From positions 1-64,000 of IMG/VR virus record IMGVR_UViG_3300050120_000309: a stretch of 64,000 nucleotides of DNA. One strand, given 5' to 3'. This document shows, one piece after another, positions 29,411 to 38,177 of the stretch. Every line of letters begins with the position of its first letter. Position 1 is the stretch's first letter. The notes under the pieces are model-generated. The model was not told the DNA's origin and made no database searches. It saw nothing but the letters and a program-made list of their open reading frames with translations. A program made the position numbers and the translations under genes. This DNA is from a virus.

Positions 29411-30130
29411 TTACAGAGAGTGCGCCAGGATTGCGATGCCGATCGCTCCAGCTACCAAGCCCACTTTCTTGAGGGTCTTCTTCCAGGCAGGTTCGATCTT
29501 GATCTTCTTCAGGGCTTTGTTTTCATTCGTGAGCGAGACATTGGTCTTCTGCTCGAGTGCATAATCTTTCTGGCATCCATCGAGAACGATTGCTTGCTTC
29601 TGACAGGAGAGATTGTTCGCTGCCAGTTGCTTGAGACCATCCCCGCTGATCGTGGCGACAGGTAGGTCGCCGATAGCTTTGTCATTGGCGGTTGTGGTCG
29701 GAGCCACGCCTGGAATGGTTGATGGCACGACAATCGGCTGAATGTTGAGCCCCGGAGTGCTCGGAGGAGCAGAGGACTTGATCATTGCCAGAGTCTGGAG
29801 CACTGTCTGATTCTGCTGCTGATTCTGCTGCATCTGCGCCGTGACAACGGCGACTTGCTGCTTGGTCGACTCATTGACGGCTGCGATCTGCTCCTTGAGG
29901 GCTGCTTGCTGCTGCGCACCTTGCTGGACGATAAGGGTAGCGTTGGCATTCGCAACAGCATTCGAATTCGACTCATGAACGAAGATGAAACCAATGGCAA
30001 AGAGAGCCACGATAACAATGGTCCAGGTTCGAATGTGGTTGTGGAGTGCTGGCGAGTTCCAGAAGGAGGTGGCAGCTGTCTGGATTGAAGCTGCGGTCTG
30101 CGTCACATCTTGTGCGATCGTGTCCGGCAT
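29411..30130 (-). CDS. Putative spanin-like protein
   Basis: N-terminal TM (WTIVIVALFAIGFIFV), Gln-rich coiled coil, basic plus hydrophobic C-terminus; follows endolysin. Confidence 0.45.
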   Translation of the reverse strand: MPDTIAQDVTQTAASIQTAATSFWNSPALHNHIRTWTIVIVALFAIGFIFVHESNSNAVANANATLIVQQGAQQQAALKEQIAAVNESTKQQVAVVTAQMQQNQQQNQTVLQTLAMIKSSAPPSTPGLNIQPIVVPSTIPGVAPTTTANDKAIGDLPVATISGDGLKQLAANNLSCQKQAIVLDGCQKDYALEQKTNVSLTNENKALKKIKIEPAWKKTLKKVGLVAGAIGIAILAHSL

Positions 30131-30133
30131 GAT

Positions 30134-30661
30134 TTAGATTCCTGGCTTCGCTGCGCGGGTCGCCCATGCAGAGATTTCGTTGGCTGAGGCACGGACTGTG
30201 ATGGCAACCTGGCGATAGTGCTCCTCGAGCAGGTTGATGATCTTGTCCATAAGGACTGGTGTATTGGCGCTGTTTATGGCAGCAATCGTTCCAGGACCAA
30301 CCTTATGGTCCACAACGACCGACTGGCCGGCCGCATTGAGAGCGCCCTGCGCGATCTGGGCCGAGGCCACCACACCGCAGTTGACTGCGATGTCGAGGAG
30401 CTTGTTGGCAATGGGCTGTGAAGCTACCTCACTGAGGCGAAGGGGAGCGGCATAGTCGGAGTTGTAGATGCCAGTGGCGACAACGACCGCGTCAGCATAC
30501 GACATCGCGTAGGTGAAGAAGTCAGGACGTACATTGGGATGGGATTTCTGAGCGATTCCGAGACGGGTCGTCCCGCCTCGATCGACTGTGATCAAGCCAG
30601 GATGACGAGGACTATCCTCATTCTTCAGGATGTAGGCAACTGCCTTGCTGATATCGGCCAT
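30134..30661 (-). CDS. Endolysin, glycoside hydrolase family 108 with peptidoglycan-binding C-terminus
   Basis: ILKNE...DRGGTTRLGI...LLDIAVNCGV...VDHKVGPGTIAAIN...WATRA; AGGAGG SD before ATG 30661. Confidence 0.85.
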   Translation of the reverse strand: MADISKAVAYILKNEDSPRHPGLITVDRGGTTRLGIAQKSHPNVRPDFFTYAMSYADAVVVATGIYNSDYAAPLRLSEVASQPIANKLLDIAVNCGVVASAQIAQGALNAAGQSVVVDHKVGPGTIAAINSANTPVLMDKIINLLEEHYRQVAITVRASANEISAWATRAAKPGI

Positions 30662-30672
30662 GAGAGGCCTCC

Positions 30673-31386
30673 TTACGAGTCGAGCGGCCATCCAGAGATG
30701 AGGATGGTGATCTTGTTGCCGGAAATGGTGACGGTGGGCGTCAAGCCGGCGGGAACCTGAACCATGGGGTCATTCAGGATTGGTTCGAGGGAGAGAAGGA
30801 TTTGCTCTGCAGTGACTGAAGATGTGTCAATAGCACCCGGGAAGATGACGTCGATCTCTTGGGACAGGTCATTGCCGATGGCCCATAGCCGCTGTTCGAT
30901 CTTGATAGACCCGGGCGAGAGCGGGAGATTGAGGACTGGCAGAGGAGACTGAGCCGGCGGAACGACAAGGTTCAAATCTCCTGTGGTGAATGACCACTGG
31001 TAGTTGTAGGCCAGGGTCAGACCGTTGAGATCCTTGATGGAGTCACTGGTGAGCTGGCCAGGGCCAACTATCAAGAGGGTGTAGACCACATTCGGACGGA
31101 GCGGCACCGAGGGTGTAAAGGTCAGGATCGTATTGCCGTTGGTCGCCGCAGTGAAGGCGAAGGTGCCTTCGATGTACTCACGGCCATTGAGAAGCTTCGG
31201 GTTCGCTACGATAAGGGACTGGGGAACGATGATGCTGGTCTGCCCAGGGCCGGTGAGCGAGAAGGTCGTGCTATTGATGGTCGACAAGTCCATCGGCGCG
31301 CTGAAGCCAATGATGATCTTCGCTCCAAGAACGATGTCACGAGCGCCGGATGCCGGAGAGGTACTGATTACGGTAGGCGCTGGCAT
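30673..31386 (-). CDS. Ig-like (SbsA/Big_5-type) virion protein
   Basis: PTVISTSPASGARDI...IIGFSAPMDLSTI...LTFTPSVPLRPNVVYTL...WSFTT. Confidence 0.75.
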   Translation of the reverse strand: MPAPTVISTSPASGARDIVLGAKIIIGFSAPMDLSTINSTTFSLTGPGQTSIIVPQSLIVANPKLLNGREYIEGTFAFTAATNGNTILTFTPSVPLRPNVVYTLLIVGPGQLTSDSIKDLNGLTLAYNYQWSFTTGDLNLVVPPAQSPLPVLNLPLSPGSIKIEQRLWAIGNDLSQEIDVIFPGAIDTSSVTAEQILLSLEPILNDPMVQVPAGLTPTVTISGNKITILISGWPLDS

Positions 31387-31920
31387 TTACTCTTTCTCGA
31401 TGAAACCTGGGAGTTCCTCTTCGTAAATCCGACCAAGGCCGCCGAAGATACCGGAGCCAGGGGATGTGTTGCTCTTGGGCCGCTCGATGCGCAGGGTCCC
31501 GGTAGTTCGGATCTCTTCCTGCATTCGCTCGTAATCGGCTTCACTTTTGGGAGTGATGAAATAGGTGTTGCCCTGTGGGTCCTTGCCGGTCATGACCCGT
31601 GGGCCAATCTCATCGCCTTCTTTGACAAGAGACATCGTGCGGGCTTTCACGGCCTTGTCTATATCCGACATGATCTTGCCGGTGGCGCCGGCGGAGGCTT
31701 CGGTGCCAGTGACGTCAGTCAGTCGGCCGTCGGCGAGCGCGGCGCGCAGGGGGCCTTCTTGCGCAGTCGCGGGAACAACTTGAATGGGAGCGTTACGGGT
31801 GACGAAGAAACCGTAGGACTGAACGCGGGCAGCCTTCTCGGTGTTGAGCATCAGCACGCGACCAGCCAGAGGGCCTTCGTATGCCGGAGACGCTCCAGGC
31901 AGAATGATGAGTCCAGACAT
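31387..31920 (-). CDS. Hypothetical protein (head-associated region)
   Basis: 177-aa ORF with upstream CTTTGGCTC box (31966-31974). Confidence 0.6.
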   Translation of the reverse strand: MSGLIILPGASPAYEGPLAGRVLMLNTEKAARVQSYGFFVTRNAPIQVVPATAQEGPLRAALADGRLTDVTGTEASAGATGKIMSDIDKAVKARTMSLVKEGDEIGPRVMTGKDPQGNTYFITPKSEADYERMQEEIRTTGTLRIERPKSNTSPGSGIFGGLGRIYEEELPGFIEKE

Positions 31921-31974
31921 TTAGATAGAGACCTCTCAGAGACCAGTCTCCTGATCCGAGCCTTCGAGCCAAAG

Positions 31975-32412
31975 TTATGTAGTTGAGGAATGTGCCCGAA
32001 GATACATAGCCGCGGCATCGACTACTGTTGGTTCATCCAAGAAGTGAGCGATACCAAGATTGCAGCGGGTACAAAGTAATCCACGTACTGAACCGGTAAT
32101 GTGATCGTGATCGACCGCTAATCTCTTACCGTTTGTGCCAGGTTTGAGGCATATTGCGCAGACGCCATTCTGTGAAATTAGAAGGAGCTGGAAGTCTTCC
32201 TCGCGGAGGAATATACCTAGCCGCTGACGATCTCTTTGCTTCTTCTGAGTCGAGTGATGAGGCAGACATGCCCTCGCTCTGTCTACCGACAAGCATCTCC
32301 AAGCTTGCTTTCCTGAGGCTCGTATTCCTTTTGTACGAATACCTGCAGGACCACAAACTGAACATTGTGCTGTTCGACCTGCGGCATCGATATTTGATAG
32401 TTTGTGTCGCAT
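31975..32412 (-). CDS. Endonuclease VII-like HNH homing endonuclease
   Basis: QNGVCAIC...LAVDHDHITGSVRGLLCTRCNLGI. Confidence 0.85.
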   Translation of the reverse strand: MRHKLSNIDAAGRTAQCSVCGPAGIRTKGIRASGKQAWRCLSVDRARACLPHHSTQKKQRDRQRLGIFLREEDFQLLLISQNGVCAICLKPGTNGKRLAVDHDHITGSVRGLLCTRCNLGIAHFLDEPTVVDAAAMYLRAHSSTT

Positions 32413-32414
32413 TC

Positions 32415-32447
32415 AAACAAAAGAGGGTGGCGCGATGGCCACCCTCT
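32415..32447 (-). terminator. Rho-independent terminator after major capsid gene
   Basis: AGAGGGTGGC-CATCGC-GCCACCCTCT followed by TTTGTTT on minus strand. Confidence 0.8.
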
Positions 32448-32472
32448 CGTGAAGGGTCTAAGACCCGTGTGC

Positions 32473-33804
32473 TTAGTTCGCGTTGTTGACGTCGAGCGGT
32501 GTGGTACCGTCGAAGATCTTGACTGCCGGATCCATGAGGTCCTGGAACGGGCTGTTCGCGTCGGAGAGGTTGAACACCGAGCGTGCCGGCAGAACAAACT
32601 CGTTCGGGCGAACCTTCACGTTCTTGGCCACTGCGACTGCCTGTGCCTCATGGAGGATGCCGAAGCCGTAGGTCTCTTCGATCGCCATGTAGTTCAGGCC
32701 GTAACGCTGGTCGGTCCAGTCCTTGACGTGTGCATCCTCGCCGACGATGAGAGCACCGAGGTTACGCGACTCGAACATGAGAATGTCCGTGGTGCGGTTG
32801 ATCGGGTCAAAGTTGACGAACGGGGATACCAGGATCTTGAACGGCAGGCCGAGGTAGTTCGGCAGCTGCATCGCCGAGTCCTGACGCTGCGGGAGACCGT
32901 CTGGGCGAGAAGTCTGTCCACCGGTCTGTACGCCATTGACGTACTTGCCCTGCTGACCAGCTCCGTTGCCGAGACCCTTGAAGTTGTAGAAGTCGTTGCC
33001 CTTCGACGCTGGGTTACCGCTCCAGTTGGCGAAGTACGAACCACCACCAGCCTGGATCGCGAACTCGCGAAGGACCGGATCCTTGACCCACATGAGCCAG
33101 GTCATCGGGTGTACGAGCATGGTGTCAGGAATGAAGCCCTGTGCCATGACCTGTGCGTACATGTCGAAGACGTCATCGAGCGTCATCGATCCGTTGAGCA
33201 CGCCCTTGTAGTTACGGCCGGTCGTGGTGCCCTTGACTGGCTGAACGAGCGAAGAGGTGAGACGAGCAGCTGGGTTGTTGTCATAGACAACGGTGCCGAG
33301 CTGGGTGATGAACGAGAAGATGTACTCTTCCTTGTGGCGGGCAAGGGCGTTACCGGCAAGACGGAGCCAGTAGTTGATCCAGGGGTAGCTGGATTCCTTG
33401 ACGAAGCGCTCATGGATCTTGAGTCCGAGGCCGTGACGCTTGACGGTCACGCCGAAGCTCTGAGCTCCACCGATGTTGATGTTCACGAACGGAACGTCAG
33501 CACCGTCGGCAACCTCTTCTGCACGCAGAGGCTCGATCGCCGGGAACACGGTCATCATGCCCTCTTCGTACTCGATGCGCTGAAGGAGGTTGGTACCGAT
33601 CAACAGGGGCTCAATACCCTCCTGGACCATCTGGGTCATGGCGCGAGGAATAAGGAAGGCAGCATTCTGGACGTCCATTGCGTCCTTCATGGTGAACTTC
33701 TTATCGGTCTCGGGGTCGTAACCGTTGGTACGGAAGATATTCTCGAGACGCGCAAGGTTCTTGTAGTCGCCGTCAGTCATCGTGATTGTTGGGGTGTGCT
33801 GCAT
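32473..33804 (-). CDS. Major capsid protein (HK97 fold)
   Basis: 443 aa; FLIPRAM...EPL, AEEVADG, VKRHGL, PDTMLVHPMTW, ETYGFGILHE; AGGAGG SD; follows protease/decoration genes and precedes a terminator. Confidence 0.9.
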   Translation of the reverse strand: MQHTPTITMTDGDYKNLARLENIFRTNGYDPETDKKFTMKDAMDVQNAAFLIPRAMTQMVQEGIEPLLIGTNLLQRIEYEEGMMTVFPAIEPLRAEEVADGADVPFVNINIGGAQSFGVTVKRHGLGLKIHERFVKESSYPWINYWLRLAGNALARHKEEYIFSFITQLGTVVYDNNPAARLTSSLVQPVKGTTTGRNYKGVLNGSMTLDDVFDMYAQVMAQGFIPDTMLVHPMTWLMWVKDPVLREFAIQAGGGSYFANWSGNPASKGNDFYNFKGLGNGAGQQGKYVNGVQTGGQTSRPDGLPQRQDSAMQLPNYLGLPFKILVSPFVNFDPINRTTDILMFESRNLGALIVGEDAHVKDWTDQRYGLNYMAIEETYGFGILHEAQAVAVAKNVKVRPNEFVLPARSVFNLSDANSPFQDLMDPAVKIFDGTTPLDVNNAN

Positions 33805-33879
33805 GAGTACGTGCCTCCTAAAGGCGTTTCAGTCCTGGTGCGGACGGGATTGTGAATTGGGGACAGAGAATGAAGCGTC

Positions 33880-34077
33880 TTAGGATCGGGCGATCCGGAC
33901 TTCGACACTGCTCTTGCAGCGATCGCAGCGGAAGTTGCCGGCGATCTGACCAGAGGAATTGGCCTTTGCGAGAAGCTTGTTGCAAGGCTTGCTTGCATCA
34001 GCAGCTCGCGGAGAGTGGCAGCGTAGGCCGCCGTCTTGGACGACGGCCTTACCGCTTGTGATAATCGTCTGCACCAT
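33880..34077 (-). CDS. Mu Com-like zinc-ribbon protein
   Basis: LRC...CNKLLAK...FRCDRCKS matches the Com family C..CNKLLA...CxRC pattern. Confidence 0.65.
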   Translation of the reverse strand: MVQTIITSGKAVVQDGGLRCHSPRAADASKPCNKLLAKANSSGQIAGNFRCDRCKSSVEVRIARS

Positions 34078-34098
34078 TCGTGATGGTCCTGTCTCGAC

Positions 34099-35505
34099 TT
34101 ACAGGTTGATACGCACGATCACGTGAGTGGAGTACTCAGGACGGAGCGTCTTGGCCTGATCGATGGCGTGAATGAACAGACCATCGGTCGTGACGGAGAT
34201 GTGGTACGGAAGACCGCGAGTTGCGGAACCGCCCATACGGATGGCGACAGGGTTCGGATCAACCATCGGACCAACCATCGGACGATCGAACTGAGTGCGA
34301 ACGCGGCCGAGGAAGCCAACTGGGTTGAGGTTCTGGATACCGATCACGCGCCCGACAATGTCGCTCGGGTTGTGGACGGCCGGATCATACGGGGAGAAGT
34401 TACCCGCATCCGTTCCGTTCGCCTGGGAAGAAGCCACTACAGCAGAGCCGTAGGAGAATCCGCCAACGCCCGATGCACCGGTGAAGTGGGTGAAGGAACG
34501 ACCGAGGCCCTGGAAGTAGCCCGTGATGCCATCCGTTGCAGCAAGCTGCGTCAGGGTGGTCGGGGTTGCACCGATCCATGGCAGCTTGAGAACAAACTGG
34601 GTCTGGATGGCGGTTCCCATCTCGTGCATGTAGTTCAGGACCAGGAAGCCCACTGGAACAACGCCGTCGAGGACGTAGTTGATGCCGGTTGCGGAGCTGG
34701 TGGTGTTGATGTTCGCGCCGGTGTTCACGCCACCGATGTACTGGTACACGTTACGGACAGCCGCGCCGATGGGGCGGGCCTTACCGGTCGGGAAGAGGTC
34801 GCAGGCCTGGCCGAAGGTTACATCTCCAGTGCGGATCGTGAGGACCTGACCAGAAGGCAGGGTCACGGTGTCGCCGGCTGCAGCGTCCGAAGGAGCTGCG
34901 AGAACAGCGAACTCACCAGCAGATGCAACGCGTGCGCCAGTCTGGGGGTTGAATGCGAACCGGATGTCCGAAGGGGAGTATGCAATGACGCAATACTGAC
35001 CAGCGTTCTTCAGGATGGCAGACCCGCTATCGGTCGCGCCGGCAACGTCAGCCGAAGCTACGTCAACGGTGAACTCAGATGCGCTGGCGGTCTGAACAAC
35101 GAAGGTGCCGTTGAGCGCCGCGGTGTTCGTGAGACCAGTGATGACGATCGACTCGCCAGCCTTGAGCTGACCAGACTTGGTCGAAGTCAGGATTCCGGTT
35201 CCGCCTTCAATCTGCGAATGGGTGATGGCAAGGGCCTTGGCCGGAGCCTGGGTACCGGAGAAGAGACCAGCTGGCACGAGGCCGCCGTTCTTGTCCTGGC
35301 CGACGAGCTGGTGCGCGCCGATCACGATCGAAGCAAGCTTCGGGTGACCCTGGTCCTGACGGAGGGTAGGAAGGTATGGCGCCGGGTATGCAACTGGCAG
35401 CCAGGGGCGGAGCCATTCGGACGACTCAAGGTCCGGGGTGGTCTGACCAATACGATCCTGTCCATACAGGTTGCCGAAGAACTGGCCGTTTACGTCTCTG
35501 CTCAT
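34099..35505 (-). CDS. Head decoration/cement protein with inserted beta-barrel domain
   Basis: Between protease and capsid genes; DIVGRVIG motif; insert LKAGESIVITGLTNTAALNGTFVV. Confidence 0.6.
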   Translation of the reverse strand: MSRDVNGQFFGNLYGQDRIGQTTPDLESSEWLRPWLPVAYPAPYLPTLRQDQGHPKLASIVIGAHQLVGQDKNGGLVPAGLFSGTQAPAKALAITHSQIEGGTGILTSTKSGQLKAGESIVITGLTNTAALNGTFVVQTASASEFTVDVASADVAGATDSGSAILKNAGQYCVIAYSPSDIRFAFNPQTGARVASAGEFAVLAAPSDAAAGDTVTLPSGQVLTIRTGDVTFGQACDLFPTGKARPIGAAVRNVYQYIGGVNTGANINTTSSATGINYVLDGVVPVGFLVLNYMHEMGTAIQTQFVLKLPWIGATPTTLTQLAATDGITGYFQGLGRSFTHFTGASGVGGFSYGSAVVASSQANGTDAGNFSPYDPAVHNPSDIVGRVIGIQNLNPVGFLGRVRTQFDRPMVGPMVDPNPVAIRMGGSATRGLPYHISVTTDGLFIHAIDQAKTLRPEYSTHVIVRINL

Positions 35506-35525
35506 TGTGTTTTCCTTTGAAGGGG

Positions 35526-37967
35526 TTACTTGATCTGTGCAGCCTCGAGCCGCATTTTGCCGAGGAATCGCGCTCTTTCGGGAGGCGACATATAACGAAG
35601 GCGTGACTGGAGCAAGTGCTGAGCCTCAAGAGTGGCTTCATCCAGGACAGCGTCTGTTGCCGTAGCAGCAGCTGCTGTCGCATCCGTGATCTGTGTGTGG
35701 TCATCAACCGCTACGGTCGTCTCGATGGGCGTTGTAGCAGCAGTGGAGTCTGTGAACTTGAGGCCCGTGAGGATGTCGGATACCGAGTCGCGCAGGCTGG
35801 TGATATGCCGCTTCGACAGGGACTCGATCTTCTCGTTGGTCTGCTCGGCAGTCAGGCTCTTGAAGCCGTCGTGTCCCTTGAGTACGTTGTGCATGACGAT
35901 TTGCTGAGCGAGGGTGTGCTTGGTCGCTGCGAGGATGACATTGCGCGATGAAACGAGCGCCGTGTTCTCGGCAACAAGCGAATCTTTCTCGGACATGAGG
36001 CCGTTGAGAACCTCGTCCTTCTCATCCAGCTCGGAGCGCATCAGAACGACGTGATCCTTATTGCCGGCGAGACGGGACATTGCCCAGGCGAACTGGTCGT
36101 CTGCACTCCAGTGATCAAGCATGGAACGAACTGCCTGACGAAGAATCCAGGTTGCGTCGTAGTAGCCGTCGGTCTCCTTCGGAAGGGCGGTGTAACCCTT
36201 GTCGAGGGACTTCAGAGTGGCTACGAGCGAAGCCCGTACTTCAGGTGCGATCTCTTTCGGAGCGGTAGCGCCATCCTTGAGGACGACAGAACCAATGGCA
36301 GCATCTACGAGCTTGGTGTACGCCTCGTCTGTCTGGTTGGACCCGTCGGCGACGGCGGTGGTGTCTTCACCCGCCTTGGTTGGAGCAGGAAAAGCCGCTT
36401 CTTTGATCGTGATGTTGCCCAGGATCTGATCTCTGAGCTCTACTGAGATCTTGGCGCGTCCCAGAACCGTCCGGGCAGCAGCTGCAGAAGCAGCGTCAGC
36501 GATCGGGAAGGTCGAGAGCGGACCACAGTAGGAATCTTTGTTGTCGACAAGCTGGGTGTCGCCCATCTCGAGAACTACTTCAGCCAGGACACCAGCGGCG
36601 TCAGCGAAGAAGTCACGATCGAGATCGTTGGCTGCTTTCCAGTCAGCGAAGTCGGTGGCCGCGGGAGCAGCATCTGCCTTCGTGCATTCGCAGTCATCTC
36701 CACCCTCGCAACCCTCTTCGTGCTTCATGGCGATTTCCTTGCCCTGAAACTCCTTGGCTGCCTTGGCGGACTTGGTGGAAACACCCTTGGATTGACCGGA
36801 CGGACCAGCCTTCTCCTTCTTCTTGGCGTCTTCCATCAGCTCTACGAGTTCTGCTGCTACAACTGGGTCAGTCGCGTCCTGCACGATGGCGTCCCACTTG
36901 TTCTTGCGAATCTTGGCATTGACGACGGAAACCAGGCTGCGCTTCGAGGTCTTCAGCTCTTCCGTCTCAGGCGCCCAGGCAGCGAGTGAGTCCTTGACGG
37001 ACAGAGCACGCTCAGAGGTGAGATCTGGGGACTTCAGTTCGGTGCTTAGCGCAGCAAAGTCAAGCGTCGAAATGTCGAGAACTGAATTCATTGAATCCTC
37101 GGCTACAGACAAATCGGACTCATACAAACCATCCGTGAGTCGTAGTCCGTCAGCGGTTGCGGTGTTCTGCATGTTGATTGGGAGACCCAGGAAGAACATC
37201 TTCTCTAGGCTGTCGGTCAGAACCTTCTTGCTGAGGGTGGTGGCGAATGGGTCAGCAGCGAAGTTGATAAAACTGACTTCCTGGTTGATCAACGAGCCGG
37301 CGATGATGAACATCGACTTGCCGTCTTCCATCTCGCCCGGCTTGTGTCCGCACTTACCGTCGGTTGCCCAATCGGTGTGGCACAGAGAGCAGACCGCAGC
37401 ATCGGTTTTGAACCCGACTGAAACTGTGAGGTACTCATCAGCTAGAACTTTGCGGATCGCATCGGGATTCGTGATGCGCAGACCGAGGTCGGTGTAACCC
37501 AGACCCGTGTACTCGTCAAGCGGAAGTAGATTGTCTACGATCCAGTCAACTGAATCGAACAGGCTCTTTCGCTTGCGACCGTCACGCTGGTAGAAGAGGA
37601 AGTCCTTCAGGACAGGCATGTCAGTGCTGTACTTGTAGCTCTCGTCGACGTACTTTGCTTCGAGAACTCTTCCAAGAACATCACCATGCTCGTTGTGTCC
37701 AATAAGGACCGGGCGGGCTGTTCTCAGAGTGGTGAGGCCATCTTCAGACTTCTGTGGGAGCCAGGTGTGAATGGACTCCATCATCTTGTCGGGGCGGTAG
37801 AATCTCCGGTTCCCGTTGACGATGCCAGCATGGGAAGCAGCTACATGAACAAGCAGGCTGTGGCCAGTGTCGGACTGAGAGTCCTTGCACTCGAACAGGT
37901 GTTGCTTATTCTCCCGGACTTCCGTAGGGCGGAAGGTCCAGAAGTCGCGCATCTGGATCCAGGACAT
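35526..37967 (-). CDS. Prohead protease / scaffold fusion
   Basis: PVLIGHN...LGRV, TVSVG, CSLC...CGHKPG, EVSFINFAADPFA; long acidic/coiled-coil C-terminal scaffold region. Confidence 0.85.
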   Translation of the reverse strand: MSWIQMRDFWTFRPTEVRENKQHLFECKDSQSDTGHSLLVHVAASHAGIVNGNRRFYRPDKMMESIHTWLPQKSEDGLTTLRTARPVLIGHNEHGDVLGRVLEAKYVDESYKYSTDMPVLKDFLFYQRDGRKRKSLFDSVDWIVDNLLPLDEYTGLGYTDLGLRITNPDAIRKVLADEYLTVSVGFKTDAAVCSLCHTDWATDGKCGHKPGEMEDGKSMFIIAGSLINQEVSFINFAADPFATTLSKKVLTDSLEKMFFLGLPINMQNTATADGLRLTDGLYESDLSVAEDSMNSVLDISTLDFAALSTELKSPDLTSERALSVKDSLAAWAPETEELKTSKRSLVSVVNAKIRKNKWDAIVQDATDPVVAAELVELMEDAKKKEKAGPSGQSKGVSTKSAKAAKEFQGKEIAMKHEEGCEGGDDCECTKADAAPAATDFADWKAANDLDRDFFADAAGVLAEVVLEMGDTQLVDNKDSYCGPLSTFPIADAASAAAARTVLGRAKISVELRDQILGNITIKEAAFPAPTKAGEDTTAVADGSNQTDEAYTKLVDAAIGSVVLKDGATAPKEIAPEVRASLVATLKSLDKGYTALPKETDGYYDATWILRQAVRSMLDHWSADDQFAWAMSRLAGNKDHVVLMRSELDEKDEVLNGLMSEKDSLVAENTALVSSRNVILAATKHTLAQQIVMHNVLKGHDGFKSLTAEQTNEKIESLSKRHITSLRDSVSDILTGLKFTDSTAATTPIETTVAVDDHTQITDATAAAATATDAVLDEATLEAQHLLQSRLRYMSPPERARFLGKMRLEAAQIK

Positions 37968-37982
37968 GCTGCCTCTGACTTC

Positions 37983-38177
37983 TTACTGGTTTTGTGTGGA
38001 AGGACCGTACCCGGGGAGAGAAACAGGCGTTGGGCCTTTGCTCGTATCCGTAATCGGGGTTACACGGTAGTGAATTTGCTTAGAGAGATTCTGTGCGTCG
38101 GCGATCGGTGTTTTCCGGATCTGGTGAGGATGCTGGAAAAAGGTCACATTCGTCGGCTTGGTCGGATCTGAGGACAT
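37983..38177 (-). CDS. Small hypothetical protein overlapping portal 3' end
   Basis: 64 aa; lies downstream of motif copy 4 and ends 15 nt before the protease ATG. Confidence 0.4.
   Translation of the reverse strand: MSSDPTKPTNVTFFQHPHQIRKTPIADAQNLSKQIHYRVTPITDTSKGPTPVSLPGYGPSTQNQ

Noticed and set aside
32404-35520. Long plus-strand ORFs (483 aa, 465 aa) and similar antisense ORFs across the structural region
   Set aside because: Antisense shadows of strongly codon-biased minus-strand genes; no motifs or SD
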